In this document: piece after piece, positions 60,633-64,000 of the stretch | Position numbering within the stretch: position 1 is the stretch's first letter | How the letters are laid out: each line of letters starts with the position of its first letter | Origin: a bacterium | GTDB taxonomy: Bacteria > Patescibacteriota > Microgenomatia > Levybacterales > UBA12049 | NCBI GenBank assembly: GCA_021777565.1 | Contig: JAJYDJ010000003.1 | Coordinates: forward strand, 1,001 to 65,000 | Length of the DNA stretch: 64,000 bases | Reading direction: 5' to 3' | Position numbers and translations under genes: made by a program | The notes under the pieces: model-generated | The model's database searches: none | Told to the model about the DNA's origin: nothing | Seen by the model: the letters and a program-made list of their open reading frames with translations, nothing else

Positions 60633-61283
60633 TTAATCAACCAGACGATACTTCTTACCATTCACGGTAAGTTCCTCGATTCTGATATCTTCAGGTTCCT
60701 TTTTTGGTTCTTCTTGGTCTTGTGCTGGTTCCGCATCCTGTCCTTCAGCCTCAAAACCTAAGGCAGCAAGGAAATCTGTTACCTGCTCTTTCTTAAGTTT
60801 TCTGTGACCACCTCTCCCATAGAAGAGTGCTTTATAAAACTCTGCACCACTCAGGTCTGCACCACTCAGGTCTGCATCACTCAGGTTTACATCACGCAGG
60901 TCTGCACCACGCAGGTCTGCACCACTCAGGTCTGCATCACTCAGGTTTACATCACTCAGGTCTGCATCACTCAGGTCTGCACCACGCAGGTCTGCACCAC
61001 TCAGGTCTGCATCACTCAGGTTTACATCACTCAGGTCTGCACCACTCAGGTCTGCATCACTCAGGTTTACATCACTCAGGTCTGCATCACTCAGGTTTAC
61101 ATCACTCAGGTCTGCACCACTCAGGTCTGCATCACTCAGGTTTACATCACTCAGGTCTGCATCACTCAGGTCTGCACCACGCCTAACAGCTTCCTCAACC
61201 GTCTTTTTCCACGAATTGTCTTCTGTCTCATATTCGAAACGAAGTGAACCCATGACTGATCTTATTTGTATTTTAGTTTTCAT
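60633..61283 (-). CDS. Pentapeptide-repeat protein
   Basis: About 23 consecutive near-perfect pentapeptides (ADLSD/ADLSG/VNLSD/ADLRG) flanked by short N- and C-terminal regions. Confidence 0.75.
   Translation of the reverse strand: MKTKIQIRSVMGSLRFEYETEDNSWKKTVEEAVRRGADLSDADLSDVNLSDADLSGADLSDVNLSDADLSDVNLSDADLSGADLSDVNLSDADLSGADLRGADLSDADLSDVNLSDADLSGADLRGADLRDVNLSDADLSGADLSGAEFYKALFYGRGGHRKLKKEQVTDFLAALGFEAEGQDAEPAQDQEEPKKEPEDIRIEELTVNGKKYRLVD
60841..61180. repeat. 15-bp tandem DNA repeat (about 22 copies, higher-order 45-bp unit) encoding the pentapeptide repeats
   Basis: TCAGGTCTGCACCAC / TCAGGTCTGCATCAC / TCAGGTTTACATCAC units repeat with very few substitutions. Confidence 0.85.
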
Positions 61284-61298
61284 ATTTATTCACCTCCT

Positions 61299-61979
61299 TT
61301 ATAGACTCATCGTGTTCATCACATAACGAGATGCAATGATACGATTTATTAACTTGTCAGCAACTTCCTCGTCGTACTCAAATTCAAAGACTTTTAACCT
61401 GTCTTTTGCTGGTATATCATCAAAGATGTAGTTTTTTCTAAATTCTTTTGCCGCTTCATTAGAAGTACTCAATTCAGGATTTTTATAGGAGGCTTTATAC
61501 ATCTCGTCATTGATAATTTCCTCAGGGGTATTGACCAGACAGTACATCAGACGAGCTTTTTTTACCCCTAGAAGCATCATGTAACCTAATATTTGACCGT
61601 AATAGTCATTTTTTGCTTTCTTTTCATCCACAGATGCAAACGTCCATATATCCCATGAAGATTTGATGTCTATAATTTCCTCTTTCTCAATAACATCAGG
61701 GATACCGATAATATGCTCATTGGAAAGCTCTTTTTGATTTTTGAAGTATTTTTCTCCAGTGACTTCTTTCACCAAGTCAAGACTGTCACTTTCTACCTGA
61801 ACGCCTTTGTCTAAATATTTATTACTCAAAATCTTTTCACGTCCGTAGACTACTTTTATCCATTCCTCGCGTAAAAATGACAGTGTTGTTTTGGACAATG
61901 GGTCAGCTTTTGCGACTGGATCAGTCAAAAAGTTTCCTAGCGTGTGGCATCGAAATTTATAGTTGAGGAAATCTGTCAT
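61299..61979 (-). CDS. PD-(D/E)xK nuclease (YqaJ/lambda-Exo-like recombination exonuclease candidate)
   Basis: GIPDVIEKEEIIDIKSSWD is a PD...D-I-K motif. It lies adjacent to recT. Confidence 0.5.
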   Translation of the reverse strand: MTDFLNYKFRCHTLGNFLTDPVAKADPLSKTTLSFLREEWIKVVYGREKILSNKYLDKGVQVESDSLDLVKEVTGEKYFKNQKELSNEHIIGIPDVIEKEEIIDIKSSWDIWTFASVDEKKAKNDYYGQILGYMMLLGVKKARLMYCLVNTPEEIINDEMYKASYKNPELSTSNEAAKEFRKNYIFDDIPAKDRLKVFEFEYDEEVADKLINRIIASRYVMNTMSL

Positions 61980-62836
61980 TTGCTCAGTTCTCCTTTCTTT
62001 GCTTCATATAGTGCCCGTGTTTCATCATCAATGATAAATTCCTCACATTTTTGTAGTTCTGCAAGTGTTTTTGATTCTTCAATATGTTTAAGAATACGTG
62101 CTTTTTCTTTTTCGGCGGCGATTCCTTCAGGAAGAAGGGGTGTATTGTCTGGATAGTTATAGTTATCCTCGCCATCAATTACTGCCTGATCTGCTAGTTG
62201 TGCTTTTTGCATATCAGTAGTGAGTGGTGCATACTTTGACAGAAGAAGCTTTATGACAGTCTTCTTTGCCATTGCGTCAAAGTCTGTCTTCCAAAGACCA
62301 AATCCTTGTTTCATTGTTTGAGAATACTTAGTTCCGTGTCCTAAGAGATCAGATTTTGTCATATACAAGGACTTCTCAAACCCATTGATAAGTCTCATGT
62401 ATGCGACATATCCAATAATGGATAACTTCTCACGATCTTCTTTCCATGCAAAGGTTATTTCGCCTGTCAAATGGTCTATTTTCTCTATTTCACCCTCACG
62501 GACGTCTGACACATTAATTGTTTTGAACTGCCCGGAACGCATGGCTAATTGTACAAATCCCTTGTATCCCATCTGAAATTGTGCCTGTCCTTTGTATGGG
62601 ATGACATATGCAAATCCCAAGTTAGGATTTATTGGCAAGTCTAATGTCGCTGCCGTCATAGCTGCGGATAAAACGGTTTGTGCATCAACATGAGCGAAAG
62701 AGTCGTTATTTACGGTTACAGCAAGCAGAGATGCTATGAAAGTTGTTGCCTTTTTCCCAAGGACATCATGAAACCTCTGTTGTGTGTATTCAGATTGGAT
62801 CATCGATTTTAGTGTGATTACTGGCTTAGTCTCCAT
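61976..62836 (-). CDS. recT: RecT-family single-strand annealing protein
   Basis: TQQRFHDVLGKKATTFIASLLAV...GQAQFQMGYKGFVQLAMRSGQFK matches conserved RecT core regions. Confidence 0.65.
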   Translation of the reverse strand: METKPVITLKSMIQSEYTQQRFHDVLGKKATTFIASLLAVTVNNDSFAHVDAQTVLSAAMTAATLDLPINPNLGFAYVIPYKGQAQFQMGYKGFVQLAMRSGQFKTINVSDVREGEIEKIDHLTGEITFAWKEDREKLSIIGYVAYMRLINGFEKSLYMTKSDLLGHGTKYSQTMKQGFGLWKTDFDAMAKKTVIKLLLSKYAPLTTDMQKAQLADQAVIDGEDNYNYPDNTPLLPEGIAAEKEKARILKHIEESKTLAELQKCEEFIIDDETRALYEAKKGELSK

Positions 62837-63083
62837 TTTTGTTTTCCTCCTCTAAAAATCCGTTACTGGAAACATTCTCATAGTCTTCGTCCTTTGGTAA
62901 CTGACCTTGAATTTCAAGCGCGTCAAGTATCTCTTTCACCTTATTGAGTGTGCTTTCAACTTCTGCAACCTCATCAAAAATAATGTCACCGTTATATACA
63001 GACCACTTACTCAAGTCCTCAATACAAGACTTAATCTGCTCTAGAGTTAAAACGAGAAATCTCCTATCGTACAGCTTACTCAT
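62826..63083 (-). CDS. Hypothetical acidic protein
   Basis: An internal Met at 63083 is preferred. Acidic C-terminus. Confidence 0.3.
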   Translation of the reverse strand: MSKLYDRRFLVLTLEQIKSCIEDLSKWSVYNGDIIFDEVAEVESTLNKVKEILDALEIQGQLPKDEDYENVSSNGFLEEENKNGD

Positions 63084-63336
63084 TGTTTTGATCCTCCATC
63101 TGATCAACCAAACGATCTCCCTCATCTTCACATGCCTCAAAATGAGCTTGTTCTGTCTTATGGCATCCTTTCCAGTCCGGCGTATTATCAATGTATGAGC
63201 CACAACTCGCACACTCACTGTTTACAACTAGCGCATAACAACATCGTGAGTACACAGCCCTTTTCTTTTGTACTTTTACTACCATCAAGTCATTTACTGA
63301 GTTCATGAGCTGACTGCTGAGTTGTTGACTATCCAT
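63076..63336 (-). CDS. Cys-rich (Zn-binding?) small protein
   Basis: CCYALVVNSECASCGSYIDNTPDWKGCH. Confidence 0.3.
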   Translation of the reverse strand: MDSQQLSSQLMNSVNDLMVVKVQKKRAVYSRCCYALVVNSECASCGSYIDNTPDWKGCHKTEQAHFEACEDEGDRLVDQMEDQNNE

Positions 63337-63517
63337 TTTTACCCTCCTTTATCAAAAGCGTTATTGAGATTGCAAAAACTATTGCTACCAACATAGGGAA
63401 CCCAACGTATAAGACATAATCCATATAGATATTCCCAGTTGTGTAAATTTTCGATGATAAAAATAATTGATTAAACATGTTAGTTATTGCAATACGTCCA
63501 ATAGGTGCCCCAATCAC
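63329..63517 (-). CDS. Small membrane protein
   Basis: 62 aa with one TM. Confidence 0.3.
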   Translation of the reverse strand: MIGAPIGRIAITNMFNQLFLSSKIYTTGNIYMDYVLYVGFPMLVAIVFAISITLLIKEGKNG

Positions 63518-64000
63518 CTATTGCGCCTTGTGAAATGGCAAATGCCATAGTTTCTATTGCATCCTCATCGTCATACTCACTCCCCATGTTACTAACGAGG
63601 CCACGATCCATTAGTCTTGTTCTGTACTCAACGTACGTTGCGTGGTGGAATTGCATAAGCCCATGAGCGAGACCGTCGTCACCATCTTTTTTGTTGTAGT
63701 GATGTGATGACTCGTGATTTGCAATACAGTGCATGTAGTATCTCCACTTTGATTTTTCAGCATCAGTCTTTGCGAACATATCGACGTATTTACCGATCCA
63801 TATATCCATCATTTCAATCTGTGGGACTGGTGTTGGTGTAGGCGTGTTTACTATTGTTTCAAGCAGTTCAGCAGACGAACCGGCAGTCTGTGCATGAGCT
63901 ATAGGGGATATGAGACTATATGTTTCTTTACTAGTACCAATATAGAAAGTAGAAATGATAACTAGGATGCCAATAGCAACATTGACCCATGTTCCCCTCT
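63480..64000 (-). CDS. SLT-like lytic transglycosylase domain protein, N-terminus beyond window
   Basis: IANHESSHHYN...GLMQF has the Glu-Ser then GLMQ arrangement of SLT domains. The frame stays open upstream of the Met at 63812 to base 64000 and includes a hydrophobic signal-like segment. Confidence 0.4.
   Translation of the reverse strand, partial: RGTWVNVAIGILVIISTFYIGTSKETYSLISPIAHAQTAGSSAELLETIVNTPTPTPVPQIEMMDIWIGKYVDMFAKTDAEKSKWRYYMHCIANHESSHHYNKKDGDDGLAHGLMQFHHATYVEYRTRLMDRGLVSNMGSEYDDEDAIETMAFAISQGAIGDWGTYWTYCNN

Noticed and set aside
60804-61247. Plus-strand ORFs (TQVCTTQVC..., HHSGLHHSGL...) through the 15-bp tandem repeat
   Set aside because: Any frame through a perfect tandem repeat stays open. 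The minus-strand frame encodes a canonical pentapeptide-repeat protein with proper N- and C-terminal caps, so the plus-strand frames are artefacts.
1-64000. CRISPR array or rRNA genes
   Set aside because: No spacer-interleaved direct repeats or rRNA-like conserved stretches were seen. The only strong tandem repeat is protein-coding.

Overview
The window has two parts. Bases 1-30324 are a cellular, almost entirely minus-strand, translationally coupled surface-glycosylation super-operon. It holds about 11 large polytopic GT-C-type membrane proteins: three YfhO-like, three ArnT/PMT-like with the periplasmic DE motif, three of an HD..H..R..PRW family, and others. Among them sit six GT2 enzymes (three of them DPM1/GtrB/ArnC-like polyprenyl-phosphate sugar synthases), one GT4 and one Wzx-type flippase. 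Bases 30547-64000 are a temperate phage, apparently an integrated prophage; its right end is not in the window. Reading left to right it contains a tyrosine integrase, TerS, TerL, a putative portal, small lysine-rich basic proteins, a scaffold candidate, an HK97-like major capsid candidate, and tail/fibre-like proteins including a LamG-domain protein. After these come two large virion proteins, then a counter-oriented insert encoding an ATP-grasp ligase, a secreted Q-rich protein and a histone-like basic protein. Next is a PLD-family nuclease translationally coupled to a lysis cassette (XhlA-like, CHAP endolysin, holin). The last part is a minus-strand early region with a CX5R phosphatase, a wHTH protein, an HExxH peptidase-like protein, a near-perfectly periodic pentapeptide-repeat protein, a PD-(D/E)xK exonuclease, RecT and an SLT-like fragment. 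A conserved ~20-nt motif, GGTATAAAAATTGTTGC, often preceded by TTGACA, recurs six times in structural-module intergenic regions and is a candidate phage promoter. No rRNA, tRNA or CRISPR array was recognised. All family assignments rest on motifs read by eye from the translations, without database searches.
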